Of a stretch of 64,000 bases of DNA, positions 26,914-37,448 are shown in pieces (position 1 is the stretch's first letter; each line of letters opens with the position of its first letter). The position numbers and the translations under genes were made by a program. The notes beneath the pieces are model-generated. The model saw only the letters and a list, made by a program, of their open reading frames with translations. It did no database searches and was not told the DNA's origin. The stretch is from positions 1,312,001 to 1,376,000 of the forward strand of contig OZ252100.1 in assembly GCA_965248435.1 (NCBI GenBank), written 5' to 3'. The DNA is from Candidatus Latescibacterota bacterium (lineage in GTDB: Bacteria > Latescibacterota > UBA2968 > GCA-2709665).

Positions 26914-29031
26914 TTAAAATTGATAGGAGCGCTTCGGATCCTTCTTTGCCCTCTCGTCCCTTTGATCCATCCGTTCCACGGCCGTGTGATCCGGACACGT
27001 CTGTTTGGGTGCTGAACCTGGAATAAAGACCTCTTTCAAGCGCGTCGGACAGTATATGGACGCTACTTCATAGGTGTCCCCGCAGACCTCGACCTGTTCC
27101 ACCGCGGCAGGCAGTTCGAAATCCTCCTCGGGTAGATTCAGAAGGTTGTGCACCCGCCTCATGAACTTCGCCCAGATTGGCATCGCCACGACGGCGCCCG
27201 CCATCCGCTTTCCAAGCGACACCTTCGAATCGAACCCGACCCAGACCCCGGCGACGATCTGCGGCGTAAACCCAACAAACCAGGTGTCCGCAAAGTTTTG
27301 TGTTGTCCCTGTCTTTCCCGCCGCGGGTCGCCTGAAGCGGTATTCTGTCCGGGCGCCACGTCCCGTACCGCCGCTCATGTCCATCACCGACCTCATCATG
27401 CTCGTCATCACAGCGGCAGTCGCCTCGGACAGAACCACTTCTTCGGTGCCTTGCATCCGCTCTTCCAGAACATTTCCCCCTTTGTCCGAGACCTTAAGCA
27501 CCGCAACGGGAGAGACGCGAATCCCCCGATTCGGAAAGACCCCGAATGCCGACGCCAAATCGATGAGTTTGACTTCGCTCGTACCCATGCCCAGAGAAAG
27601 AACGGGTCGGATCGGTGTCGAGATTCCCATTCGCCGTGCGTAGTTCCGTACGACTTTGGGACCGATACGCTGCAGCAGATTGGTTGTGACCACGTTGCGG
27701 GACATGGCCAGCCCCTTCCGCATCGTCATCCAGCCCAGGAATCTCCGATCGTAATTTTCCGGTCGCCACAGGGAACCATCACCCATCCGGATTGTGACGG
27801 CCGTATCGGCAAGTCGCATGGTCGCTGGAAACCCCTTGTCTATGGCCGCGGTATAGATGAACGGCTTGAACGCCGATCCGGGCTGTCTGAGCGCCTGGAC
27901 AGAGCGATTGAACTTACTTTCGCTGAAGTCTCTCCCCCCGACCATGGCGAGAATGTGACCCGTGCTCGGGTCGAGGGCCACGAATGCCCCCTGCACGATC
28001 GAAGCGGCAAGTGTATCCTCACGGGTTTCTGCGCCTGCCCAGAAAGTGGAGTCGGGGGGGTTTCGAAGTCGATCCCGATCTACGGTCCTTTGAATCTCCT
28101 CGAGCTGCCTTTGAAGCTCCTCCTCCGCGATACGCTGTATGCGACTGTCCAGAGAAGTATACACGGATGCGCCGTTATACAGAACCTTCAATCCGTGTGC
28201 CGTCTCCAGGTGTCTGCGAATATACTCTGTAAAGTAGGGTGCCTCCACCGTTTGCTGCTCCTGTCGTTTCAGCATAATCGGGCGGAGTTTCGCTGACCGA
28301 AAGTCGGAGCTGGAAATCTTTCGAGTGCGGTACATCCTTCCCAGGACCCAATCGCGTCGTTCGATAGCCCGTCTCGGATAATTTACGGGAGAATAGTAGT
28401 AGGGCCCCTTCAACAGACCCACCAGCAATGCACACTCGTCCAGAGACAGGTCGGCGGAGTTTTTTCCGAAGAATCCTCGTGCGGCCGCTTGAATCCCCCA
28501 GGCGCCCCTGCCAAAGAGCATCTGGTTGAAATACATCTCGAGAATCTCTTTTTTGGTATAAGTCCGTTCAAGCAGTACGGCGGTCAGCTGTTCCTGAAGT
28601 TTGCGACTCCACGTCTGCTCACGCGTAAGAAATAGATTTCGCGCGAGCTGCTGTGTGATCGTACTCGCCCCGTGGCCCTTGAGACTTCCCTCTCTCCAGA
28701 TATTCCTCATGACGGCGCGAAAGATATCCGGCAGACTAACGCCCCAGTGGCGCCAAAAGTGCTGATCTTCGGCTGAAATCAGAGCATCGATCGCAAACTT
28801 GGGCAGCTGACTATAGGATACGGGATCTCGCCTCTGTACCCAGTACTTCCGCAATACCACCCCGTCGGCCGAATTGATCGTAGTCGTCTCAGCCGGATCC
28901 ACCTTTTCGAGTTTTTCGAATGAAGGCAACCCGTCCTTAAATCGCCACACCACGCCCGCTGCGACGGCGACGCAGATGAGGGAAGCAACGGCGCAATAAA
29001 ACACGATTCGTATGAAAAAATGTCTGACCAT
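26914..29031 (-). CDS. mrcA: Class A penicillin-binding protein (PBP1A family)
   Basis: EDQHF..H.G, GASTITQQL, QPGSAFK (SxxK), SRN, KTGT; likely start ATG 29031. Confidence 0.9.
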   Translation of the reverse strand: MVRHFFIRIVFYCAVASLICVAVAAGVVWRFKDGLPSFEKLEKVDPAETTTINSADGVVLRKYWVQRRDPVSYSQLPKFAIDALISAEDQHFWRHWGVSLPDIFRAVMRNIWREGSLKGHGASTITQQLARNLFLTREQTWSRKLQEQLTAVLLERTYTKKEILEMYFNQMLFGRGAWGIQAAARGFFGKNSADLSLDECALLVGLLKGPYYYSPVNYPRRAIERRDWVLGRMYRTRKISSSDFRSAKLRPIMLKRQEQQTVEAPYFTEYIRRHLETAHGLKVLYNGASVYTSLDSRIQRIAEEELQRQLEEIQRTVDRDRLRNPPDSTFWAGAETREDTLAASIVQGAFVALDPSTGHILAMVGGRDFSESKFNRSVQALRQPGSAFKPFIYTAAIDKGFPATMRLADTAVTIRMGDGSLWRPENYDRRFLGWMTMRKGLAMSRNVVTTNLLQRIGPKVVRNYARRMGISTPIRPVLSLGMGTSEVKLIDLASAFGVFPNRGIRVSPVAVLKVSDKGGNVLEERMQGTEEVVLSEATAAVMTSMMRSVMDMSGGTGRGARTEYRFRRPAAGKTGTTQNFADTWFVGFTPQIVAGVWVGFDSKVSLGKRMAGAVVAMPIWAKFMRRVHNLLNLPEEDFELPAAVEQVEVCGDTYEVASIYCPTRLKEVFIPGSAPKQTCPDHTAVERMDQRDERAKKDPKRSYQF

Positions 29032-29047
29032 TGCATCTGGTAGGCGC

Positions 29048-31720
29048 CTAAACAGCCAACGTAGCCAAATTTCCTTCCAATTTCGAAAGCGACGTTTGAT
29101 ACGTGACCTTGCGCTGTCGCTCCTTCTCGACAACCTCTGTAGGGGCCTTCTTCAAGAAGCCCTCGTTGTTCAGTTTCTTTTCCAACCCCAGCAGCGCCTT
29201 CTGAAGCTTACCGATCTCCTTTTCCAAACGATCTCGCTCCACCTTCAGGTCGATCAGCCCCTCCAGGGGCAGGTAGACTTCCACGTCGGGCAGCACAGCG
29301 CTCGCACAGGTGGGCGGGCGAACCAGATCCTGTCCGATTTCAAGACGATCCACCTTGGCCAGCTCTCGTATATATCCACTCGCCGTCCCGAGAAAGGTTG
29401 CAACCGGTTCCGATTCCGTGTTCAACAACACGTCGGCCCGCTTTCCGGGCGGCACACGCATGGAAGCCCTGATGTTCCTCACTGCCCCGACGACACCCTG
29501 GAGCAGCTCCATTCTTGACTCTGCTGCCCCGTCGATGAGGGTATCATCGCACACGGGCCACGGTGCCAGAATCAAGGCATCGCCCCGATGGGGAAGTTTT
29601 TGCCAGAGCTCCTCTGAAATGAAAGGAATGATCGGGTGGGCCATCCTCAAGATCCCTTCCAGAACGTGGACGAGCAGAGACTGTACGAGCCTCCGGTCTT
29701 CTTCGTCTTGTCCGTCTAGACGAACCTTGGCCATCTCCAAATACCAGTCGCAGTAGGAATTCCAAACAAACTCGTAAATGCCGCGAGAGGTTTCGTCGAA
29801 TCGATAGGCCTGAAGCGACTCCGTAACAGATTCGATCGTTCGATTATAAAGGCTCAGGATCCAGCGGTCGGCCGGATCTTCGAGGTCCTCCGGAGGAGCT
29901 AAACTGACCTCATCGTCCAAGTTCATTTCTACAAAACGGGCGGCGTTCCAGATCTTGTTGCAGAAGTTCCTGCACATCTCGGTAATCGGAGAGCCCTGCA
30001 GCTGATTGTCTTCCACATCTGCGTCGAACCGGATATCCTGCGAGCTTCCACACTGGTAGAGCAGCGAAAATCTTGTTGCATCGGCTCCGTATCGTTCAAT
30101 TAGCTCTCTCGGATCGATTCCGGTGCCCAGGGACTTGCTCATACGTCGACCATCGCGCGTCTGAACGGTCGGATGGACGAACACCGTCCTGAAGGGGATA
30201 TTACCCATAAACTCCAGGTCGGTCATGATCATCCTGACAACCCAGAGATACAGAATATCCCTCGCCGTAATCATCAGGTCCGTGGGATGGTAGATCTTCA
30301 AGTCTTCTGCCTCGTCGGGCCATCCCATTGTGGCGAACGGCCATAAGGCCGAACTAAACCACGTATCCAGCACATCCGGATCCTGTTCGAGACGGCGTTC
30401 TCCACACGCCTCGCACATCACGGGAGGGTCGGCCTGAACGATAACCGCTTCGCAGCCCTGGCACGTCCAGACCGGGATCCGGTGACCCCACCAGATCTGC
30501 CGGGAAATACACCAGTCCTGGATGTTTTCCAACCATTCGATGGCGTATTTTCGGAACCGGTCAGGAACATAAACAACATCACCCCGGCGAAGCACCGGCA
30601 ACGCCTGGTCCGCCAGATCACGCATCGTGACGAACCACTGCTCCATCACAAAAGGTTCGATCACCGTTCCACACTTGTCGTGATGGGGTACGGCGTGCAC
30701 GTGCTCTTCAACGAGCTCCAGCAGGCCATCCTCTTTCAGCGCCTGAACAACGGCCTCCCGGCAGGCGAGGCGCTCCATCTTCGCAAACCGCCCGGCCTGG
30801 TCCGTCATCATCCCGTCGTAGCCGATAACCTGAACTTCGGGGAGGTCGTGCCGTAATCCAACCTCATAGTCGTTCGGATCGTGTGCGGGCGTCACCTTCA
30901 CAGCTCCGGTTCCCATCTCCGGGTCCGCGTGTTCGTCCGCCACGACCGGAATGGTCCTTCCCATCAATGGCAGCACGACCTGCTTGCCGACCGATGCCTG
31001 CCATCGGGGATCCCGGGGGTGCACAGCCACCCCGGTATCGCCAAGCATCGTTTCAGGCCGGGTCGTGGCAACGACGACATCGGGCACACCGCCCTTCCCG
31101 GGATACCGGATGTGCCAGAGGTTTCCGGTCACCTCACGTTCTTCCACTTCAAGGTCTGAAATCACCGAGCCGCACCTGGGACACCAGTTCACCATCCGTC
31201 TGCCCCGGTAGATCCAACCCTTGTTATAAAACCAGACGAACGCCTCGAGAACGGCACGGCTATAACCTTCGTCCATCGTAAACCGTTCCCGGGACCAGTC
31301 GTAGCTGCATCCCATCTCCCTGAGCTGGCGCAGAATCGTTCCGCCGTACCTCTCCTGCCAGCTCCAAATTCGCTTGACCATCTCACTGCGCCCAATGTCG
31401 TGGCGGATTTTTTTTTCATCTTCGTAGAGGTGCTGCTCGACCTTCATCTGGGTCCCAATCCCCGCGTGGTCCGTGCCAGGTAGACAGAGCGTCCGAAAAC
31501 CTTGCATCCGCTTCCACCGAATCACTGCGTCGTGGACGGTGTGCTGGAGCGCGTGCCCCATGTGCAACTCGCCGGTCACATTGGGAGGAGGAATCGTGAT
31601 GGAAAAATACTTTCCATCCTCACCCACTTTGGGACGAAAGTGGCCCTTGCTCTCCCAAAAAGAGTACCACTTTCGTTCAATTTCCTTCGGATTGTATGTC
31701 TTGGCCAGTGTCTCTTCCAT
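29048..31720 (-). CDS. valS: Valine--tRNA ligase
   Basis: PPPNVTGELHMGH, DWCISRQIWWGH, DVLDTWFSS, RMSKS, C-terminal coiled coil. Confidence 0.97.
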   Translation of the reverse strand: MEETLAKTYNPKEIERKWYSFWESKGHFRPKVGEDGKYFSITIPPPNVTGELHMGHALQHTVHDAVIRWKRMQGFRTLCLPGTDHAGIGTQMKVEQHLYEDEKKIRHDIGRSEMVKRIWSWQERYGGTILRQLREMGCSYDWSRERFTMDEGYSRAVLEAFVWFYNKGWIYRGRRMVNWCPRCGSVISDLEVEEREVTGNLWHIRYPGKGGVPDVVVATTRPETMLGDTGVAVHPRDPRWQASVGKQVVLPLMGRTIPVVADEHADPEMGTGAVKVTPAHDPNDYEVGLRHDLPEVQVIGYDGMMTDQAGRFAKMERLACREAVVQALKEDGLLELVEEHVHAVPHHDKCGTVIEPFVMEQWFVTMRDLADQALPVLRRGDVVYVPDRFRKYAIEWLENIQDWCISRQIWWGHRIPVWTCQGCEAVIVQADPPVMCEACGERRLEQDPDVLDTWFSSALWPFATMGWPDEAEDLKIYHPTDLMITARDILYLWVVRMIMTDLEFMGNIPFRTVFVHPTVQTRDGRRMSKSLGTGIDPRELIERYGADATRFSLLYQCGSSQDIRFDADVEDNQLQGSPITEMCRNFCNKIWNAARFVEMNLDDEVSLAPPEDLEDPADRWILSLYNRTIESVTESLQAYRFDETSRGIYEFVWNSYCDWYLEMAKVRLDGQDEEDRRLVQSLLVHVLEGILRMAHPIIPFISEELWQKLPHRGDALILAPWPVCDDTLIDGAAESRMELLQGVVGAVRNIRASMRVPPGKRADVLLNTESEPVATFLGTASGYIRELAKVDRLEIGQDLVRPPTCASAVLPDVEVYLPLEGLIDLKVERDRLEKEIGKLQKALLGLEKKLNNEGFLKKAPTEVVEKERQRKVTYQTSLSKLEGNLATLAV

Positions 31721-31731
31721 ACGCTCAGAGC

Positions 31732-33177
31732 TCAGGCAATAGAATAGCTGCGAAGTCCCTCGTAGACTGTCTGAACTGAAACCTTTACCACCGCAGTCGT
31801 CGGTACGGCCAGGATCATTCCCACAGCGCCAAACAACTGGTTACCCACAAGCACGACAAAGATTACGACAAGTGGGTGCAGATTTACGCTCCGGGCAACC
31901 ACAACCGGGGCCACGAAGACGTTGTCTAGAATCTGTACGACGAGGAACACGGCAACGACCGGCAGGACGATACCAAAACTCAGTGTGGAATGCTGGATAA
32001 GCGCCGCAATAATGCCAGCCAGGATGCCGATGATAGGACCCAAATATGGAATTACGTTCGATATGCCCGCAATCGTCCCGACGACAAGGAAATCTCGTAG
32101 ACCGATGATTCTGAGTCCTACGATCGAAAGAAATGAGATCAGGACAACGGAAAGAACGAGCCCCCGGATATAGCCCCCGAGTTGTAAATCGATCCGGTAG
32201 AGCAGGTTCAGCACCATTTCGAAATATCGGTTGGGGACAATCTCTATAAACGCCCGCTTGATAGCCCGACCTTCACTCAGCAGGAAAAAAACCACCAATG
32301 GCACGATGATCACGAAGGTGAGGCCTGAAATCAGACCGCCCAGAAGGGCCGGCGTCTCTTTCAAGACCTCGGTCGCCGTCGACTGGACCTTCCTGTTGAT
32401 CGACCCCGCAAGATCCATGCCCTTGAGCATGGGTACGGCGCTCTCCAGCCTGGGCTGGATCTCCTCCATCTGGGACTTGACTTGGTCCACGTAGCCAGGC
32501 CTGACCTGCCCAAACTGGTGGGTCGAGCTGGATAGCCCGAATCGGGCAGATCCCAACACCAGCCTATAGTTGGGTTCCCACGCGGTTTGGGCCGTTTGCT
32601 TCTGAAAATTGCCCGTCAAGTACAGGCGTATGGGTCCCACTTCCTCTTCGTTGAGCTTTCCAAAGAGGTCCACGCGGCCAAACCAAGGAGCGGAACTCTT
32701 GGGCGTAAACTCAACGAGGAGTGTATCTTGGACACCAGGAGGGATCTCTTTGTCTGGTGGAGAAACGACGACGAATTGCGGATCGCTGCTCTCGACAGAC
32801 ACCCGATCGAATTTAATCGGAGCACTGTTCCGGTTCAGGATGACACAGGACCAGGTCGATGTTTCCCCAACAATCCGGTCCTTCATGTCGTCAAGTCCCT
32901 TGAGCAGAATTGGAACCACCAGAATGAACAAGGCCACAAATGTCGCAAGCGTGGAGGCGTATATGACCAGGACCCCAATCATTCGATTCAGTCCTCTGGC
33001 CTCCATACGGTCAACCAATGGCATCAATACATAGGAAAGGATGAACGCGACCGCGAATGGGAACAGGGTTCCCCGGATCGTATACAGCAACCACCCAGCG
33101 ACGGCCAGAAAGATCAGCAAAAGCACCATCCTGAGGATTTGTGCCACGCTCATTCCGGTTCGTCTCTCGTCCATCAT
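31732..33177 (-). CDS. AI-2E family transporter with inserted soluble beta-rich domain
   Basis: PFAVAFILSY.L.P.V, YIRG, IPYLGP, Q.LDN.F.AP, LHP...G..GM.LA.P; about 120-aa insert after TM3. Confidence 0.88.
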   Translation of the reverse strand: MMDERRTGMSVAQILRMVLLLIFLAVAGWLLYTIRGTLFPFAVAFILSYVLMPLVDRMEARGLNRMIGVLVIYASTLATFVALFILVVPILLKGLDDMKDRIVGETSTWSCVILNRNSAPIKFDRVSVESSDPQFVVVSPPDKEIPPGVQDTLLVEFTPKSSAPWFGRVDLFGKLNEEEVGPIRLYLTGNFQKQTAQTAWEPNYRLVLGSARFGLSSSTHQFGQVRPGYVDQVKSQMEEIQPRLESAVPMLKGMDLAGSINRKVQSTATEVLKETPALLGGLISGLTFVIIVPLVVFFLLSEGRAIKRAFIEIVPNRYFEMVLNLLYRIDLQLGGYIRGLVLSVVLISFLSIVGLRIIGLRDFLVVGTIAGISNVIPYLGPIIGILAGIIAALIQHSTLSFGIVLPVVAVFLVVQILDNVFVAPVVVARSVNLHPLVVIFVVLVGNQLFGAVGMILAVPTTAVVKVSVQTVYEGLRSYSIA

Positions 33178-33719
33178 TCACCCCCCGATTCGTCCTGGGA
33201 CGTCTCTTCCGCCTCTTGCCTTGCGAACGCCAGCTTCTCACGTGACTCTTTCAATGCACGATTTGTCCGGCGCAGCCTTTCTGCGGCGATCTGAGAAACG
33301 TTCATCAAGATCTTTACGCCCAACTTGGGTCTCTGCTCGGCCAGGGAGAGAAAATCTGAACGACGGAGCACCCCGAGTTCGGTCTCCTCAGTCGCGGCGG
33401 CGGTAGCCGATTGAGGTGTGTCGTCCAAAAGAGCAAGCTCTCCGAAACAGCTTCCCGAGTTCACCCGACTCAATTCAGTCCGTTTCCCGTCGTCGTTCTC
33501 CTGGACGACCTCAACTTCCCCCGAAAGAACGATGTACATAGCAACGCCCGGCCGTTCCTGCTCAAAAATGGCTTCACCTGAGCCGAATGTTCGCCGTTCG
33601 ATAATTCGCTCCACCTCTCGCATCTCACTTCTGCTGAATCCGTTGAAAAACGGAATTCGGGATAACAATGATAGAGCCTGATCCCGGCCGAGCAACCGCA
33701 TCACCAAGTTCGGAAACAC
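33174..33719 (-). CDS. Stand-alone cyclic nucleotide-binding domain protein
   Basis: L..IPFF..., GE.IF.Q..PG..MYIV.SG.V, FGELALL; no HTH. Confidence 0.88.
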   Translation of the reverse strand: MFPNLVMRLLGRDQALSLLSRIPFFNGFSRSEMREVERIIERRTFGSGEAIFEQERPGVAMYIVLSGEVEVVQENDDGKRTELSRVNSGSCFGELALLDDTPQSATAAATEETELGVLRRSDFLSLAEQRPKLGVKILMNVSQIAAERLRRTNRALKESREKLAFARQEAEETSQDESGGE

Positions 33720-33721
33720 TG

Positions 33722-34528
33722 TCAGCTCACCCCCTCTTGGGTCTTCCCCGTACGGTAGGGAGATTCCATGGATTCTGCCGCCAACATCCGGTCCAGAAAC
33801 TCAAAACTTTTGGCCCTATAACCGCCCTCAACGTAGTAGGTCAAGAATGTCCTGAGTGCACGGCGTACCTTGGGATGTTCAACTGCATTGAACTTACTCG
33901 TGTCTATCTCCTCAGGCCGACACCGTTCAAGATTCTGAAGAAAGTCGATCGTAGATCGCTTGAGTTTCAGTTCCCCTGTGGCGCACTTGGCACATACTGT
34001 CCCTCCCTGCTCAGGACTGAAGCAGACCAGATTGCCGGGAAGAGCGCCACCGCATTTCACGCAATCGCTCAGGTGGATCCTGTAACCGAGTGAGGCGACT
34101 GCCTTGAGCTGAAAGGCCCAGAGGGGAAGTTCAACGGCCGAGAGGAGGACGGTCTCCAACCACAAAAGACAGACAACCGCTGAGTTCAGAAGCGTAGGGT
34201 TTCTGTCTTCGTCCGTCGTCGCACCGTTGAGCAGATCGCAAATAACGCTCGCATAAACCAGTCGGCGATACTCGGCCTTGATCCCCGAAAAGGGATTGAG
34301 AATGTCCGCCTCGACCAGCGACTGGAGCTCCCGGCCCTCTCGTCTGAAATAGTCGTAAACGCCCCAGGTAATCGGCTCTAGACTGGCACCAAACTTACTC
34401 TTTGGACGTCGAGCGCCCTTTGCTGCAAATTTAAGCTTCCCTCCCTCCTTCGTGAAAACAACCACAACCTTGCTGCTTCCACTCATCCTGTAGGAACGGA
34501 GGACGAGTCCCTCGGCCCTGCAGATCAT
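33722..34528 (-). CDS. recO: DNA repair protein RecO
   Basis: EGLVLR, AKGARRPKSKF, C..CG...C..C zinc finger. Confidence 0.92.
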   Translation of the reverse strand: MICRAEGLVLRSYRMSGSSKVVVVFTKEGGKLKFAAKGARRPKSKFGASLEPITWGVYDYFRREGRELQSLVEADILNPFSGIKAEYRRLVYASVICDLLNGATTDEDRNPTLLNSAVVCLLWLETVLLSAVELPLWAFQLKAVASLGYRIHLSDCVKCGGALPGNLVCFSPEQGGTVCAKCATGELKLKRSTIDFLQNLERCRPEEIDTSKFNAVEHPKVRRALRTFLTYYVEGGYRAKSFEFLDRMLAAESMESPYRTGKTQEGVS

Positions 34529-34866
34529 GGGGCGCTTTCTTGCACGGGTGGATGGGGATACACCATGTAGACGGTTTCATTCTCCTTTACCATCCCGTAG
34601 CGTTCTCGAGCAATGCGTTCGATCGTCTTCAAATCTGATTCCAGAGCGACAGCCTCTTTTTCCAACCGCAGATTGACACCCTTAACCTGTTCTATTTCCT
34701 GAGCCAGCGTCACGATCTGCCGGTCACGATGCCACACATTAAACAGTCCATTGTCGCCGAGGAAGGTCAAATACGAAAAAAGCAAGATGGGCAAAAGCAG
34801 CAGAATCCGCCGTGCCCTCTTCCTTGGACCTGAGGGGCGTTCATAGTTGCCTCTATAGAATCTCAC
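34525..34866 (-). CDS. ftsB: Septum formation initiator FtsB/DivIC
   Basis: TM, GDNG, coiled coil, IERIARERYGMVKENE. Confidence 0.88.
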   Translation of the reverse strand: MRFYRGNYERPSGPRKRARRILLLLPILLFSYLTFLGDNGLFNVWHRDRQIVTLAQEIEQVKGVNLRLEKEAVALESDLKTIERIARERYGMVKENETVYMVYPHPPVQESAP

Positions 34867-34890
34867 AAGCTTGGCTCCACGGCGCTCAGC

Positions 34891-35271
34891 CTAGGCTCGC
34901 CGATTGGTCTCCTCGGGACGAAAGACGGGTTTGCCGACCTCAACCCAGTCGCCACCTTCGTTTCGCCGGAAAAAGCACGTTCTAAATCCGGTATGGCAAG
35001 CCCCGCCTTTCTGGAGGACTTTGAAGAGGAGTGTGTCTCCATCACAATCGATGCGGAACTCCACAACCTGCTGCGTGTTTCCGGAGGTCTCTCCTTTGAC
35101 CCAGATCTGCTGCCGACTTCGTGACCAATAGGTCATTTTACCCGTCTCCAGGGTGAGACGAAGGCTTTCGGCATTCATGTAGGCCTGCATCAAGACCTCG
35201 CCGTTTTCAGCGTCCTGTGTAATGGCCGGTACGAGCCCCTGCTCGTCGAATTTTATCTGCGTTAGATCCAT
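34891..35271 (-). CDS. hisI: Phosphoribosyl-AMP cyclohydrolase
   Basis: GLVPAI.QD, YWSRSR, KGETSGN, DCDGD, ACHTG..TCF; likely start ATG 35271. Confidence 0.95.
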   Translation of the reverse strand: MDLTQIKFDEQGLVPAITQDAENGEVLMQAYMNAESLRLTLETGKMTYWSRSRQQIWVKGETSGNTQQVVEFRIDCDGDTLLFKVLQKGGACHTGFRTCFFRRNEGGDWVEVGKPVFRPEETNRRA

Positions 35272-35275
35272 CGCC

Positions 35276-36424
35276 CTACACGTCCGTATCAGAAACCACC
35301 ATGTCATCCCGGTGGATGACCTCGTCTCCCGACCCGACCGCCAAGATCGAGGCGACCTCGGAAGTCTGCTTCCCCAGGATTTTTCGAATCTCCGCCGATC
35401 CATAGCGTGCCAGGCCGCGCGCAACCTCCTTGTGCGCAGGGTCCTCCACACCAATCAATTCTCCGGCGTCAAACTCCCCCACGACCTCCAGGACGCCGGA
35501 AGGGAGCAGGCTCTTTCCACGTTTCCAGATCGCCTCCACGGCGCCGTCATCGACGACAACCGATCCCTTTCTGTTCAGACCGGCGAGCCAAAGCTTCCGG
35601 CTGCGCATCCGCCCCTTCCCTGCAAGAAACAGGGTGCCCACCTCTTTACCCGACAGGAGATCGGTGATCCGAGTCGTCAATCCGTTCGCGATCACCATCA
35701 TACGGCCGCCGAGTGTGACGCTTTCTGCCGCTTGAAGTTTCGTCCGCATCCCCCCCAGGCCCAGGTCGCTCCGTCCCTCCCCGGCACGTTCGATCATCTC
35801 GCTGGTGACCTCATCCACGACCGGGAAGAACTCAGCATCGCGATTCTGGTTCGGATCGTCAGAAAACAACCCATCTACGTTCGTAAAAACCACCAGAAGA
35901 TTAGCGTCGATCAGATGCGCGACCAGAGCAGAGAGCCGATCGTTGTCCCCTACTCTGATCTCCTCGATCGCGACGCTGTCGTTCTCATTCACGATGGGGA
36001 CTGCCCCCAGCCGAAACAGCTCCTCGAGTGTATTACGTACGTTCACGTATCTTTGACGGTCGTCCAGGTCGTCCGCGGTAAGCAGAACCTGCCCGATCGC
36101 TACCCCGTGATCTCGAAAGGCCTGTTTGTAGGCGTTCATCAGCAACCCTTGACCGACGGCCGCCGTCGCCTGAAGTTCGGGTATCCTGGACGGCCGCGCC
36201 TTCAGTCCCAGGCGGCCCATTCCTGCACCCACAGCCCCGGATGACACGATTGCGACCTGCACGCCAGAAGACTTGAGTTCTGCCACGTCTACCGCCAGTT
36301 TCTGAATCGCTGTATGATTCAGTTCGTTCTGATGAACAGTCACAACACGCGTGCCCAGCTTGACGACAACGCGTTTTATATCCTTGAAAAGCTCAGTTCT
36401 TGGCGTGGAGACCATTCTGCTCAC
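35276..36424 (-). CDS. proB: Glutamate 5-kinase
   Basis: VVKLGT, VSSGAV, NENDSV, GDNDRL, GGMRTK, PUA domain. Confidence 0.96.
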   Translation of the reverse strand: MSRMVSTPRTELFKDIKRVVVKLGTRVVTVHQNELNHTAIQKLAVDVAELKSSGVQVAIVSSGAVGAGMGRLGLKARPSRIPELQATAAVGQGLLMNAYKQAFRDHGVAIGQVLLTADDLDDRQRYVNVRNTLEELFRLGAVPIVNENDSVAIEEIRVGDNDRLSALVAHLIDANLLVVFTNVDGLFSDDPNQNRDAEFFPVVDEVTSEMIERAGEGRSDLGLGGMRTKLQAAESVTLGGRMMVIANGLTTRITDLLSGKEVGTLFLAGKGRMRSRKLWLAGLNRKGSVVVDDGAVEAIWKRGKSLLPSGVLEVVGEFDAGELIGVEDPAHKEVARGLARYGSAEIRKILGKQTSEVASILAVGSGDEVIHRDDMVVSDTDV

Positions 36425-36431
36425 AGACCTT

Positions 36432-37448
36432 CTATAAATGGCGATTTTCGAGTTTGAGGTAGCCCTGGAGTTCTTTCATCAATCCCTCGAACTGTTCGGG
36501 CAGCAGCGATTGCGCCCCGTCGGAAAAGGCCTCCTCGGGGTTTGGATGGACCTCCAATAGCAATCCGTCTGCGCCGGCGGCCACTGCCGCCTTGGACATG
36601 GCTGGAACCAGGTCCCGTACGCCGGTGCCGTGGCTGGGATCCGCGATGACTGGAAGGTGGCTTTGGCTGTGGACAGCAGGAATCGCAGAAAGGTCGAACG
36701 TATTCCGCGTATACGTCTCGAAAGTCCGGATGCCCCGTTCGCAGAGAATCACGCGCATGTTTCCCTCCGAGAAGACGTACTCGGCCGACATCAACCACTC
36801 TTCGATCGTCGTGGACATTCCTCTTTTGAGAATCACCGGCGTTTCCGTCCGTCCCACTTCCTTCAGAAGAGAAAAGTTCTGAATGTTGCGTGCGCCGATC
36901 TGGAGTGCGTCCGCGTAGTTCAGGACCAGTTCGATGTCTCTGGGATTCATGACCTCGGTCACGATTCCCAGTCCGGTTTCTGCCCGAGCTTCTGCCAACA
37001 GTTTCAGCCCCTCTTCGGCCATTCCTTGAAAGCTGTAGGGAGACGTTCGCGGCTTGAAGGCACCTCCTCTCAACAACTGCGCCCCGCCCTTCTTCACGGC
37101 CTTTGCTGTCGCAAGAATCTGGTCCCGGCTTTCCACGGAACAGGGACCAGCGATCACGCCGAACTGACCTCCCCCAAAGGCCACGCCCGCGACCTCCACC
37201 ACGGTTCGTTCAGGATGGACCTCCGAGCCCACCAGCTTGTAGGACTGCAGTATCGGAGTCACCTTCTCAACACCTGGCGCCGATCCCAGCGTCTCGAGCT
37301 GATACTTCCCTCGCTCATCTCCTACTGCGGCAACGACGGTTCGCTCCACTCCGTAGATCGGATGCGGCTCGAAGCCCAGCGCCTCGACCCGCTCGATCAC
37401 GTGTTCGACCTCCGTCGAAGAAGCGCCCTTCTTCATCGTAATGATCAT
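36432..37448 (-). CDS. aroF: DAHP synthase (type I-beta, N-terminal regulatory domain)
   Basis: [43 protein letters not shown]. Confidence 0.95.
   Translation of the reverse strand: MIITMKKGASSTEVEHVIERVEALGFEPHPIYGVERTVVAAVGDERGKYQLETLGSAPGVEKVTPILQSYKLVGSEVHPERTVVEVAGVAFGGGQFGVIAGPCSVESRDQILATAKAVKKGGAQLLRGGAFKPRTSPYSFQGMAEEGLKLLAEARAETGLGIVTEVMNPRDIELVLNYADALQIGARNIQNFSLLKEVGRTETPVILKRGMSTTIEEWLMSAEYVFSEGNMRVILCERGIRTFETYTRNTFDLSAIPAVHSQSHLPVIADPSHGTGVRDLVPAMSKAAVAAGADGLLLEVHPNPEEAFSDGAQSLLPEQFEGLMKELQGYLKLENRHL

Noticed and set aside
27148-28296. 382-aa plus-strand ORF
   Set aside because: Antisense shadow of the PBP1A gene; no recognisable motifs.
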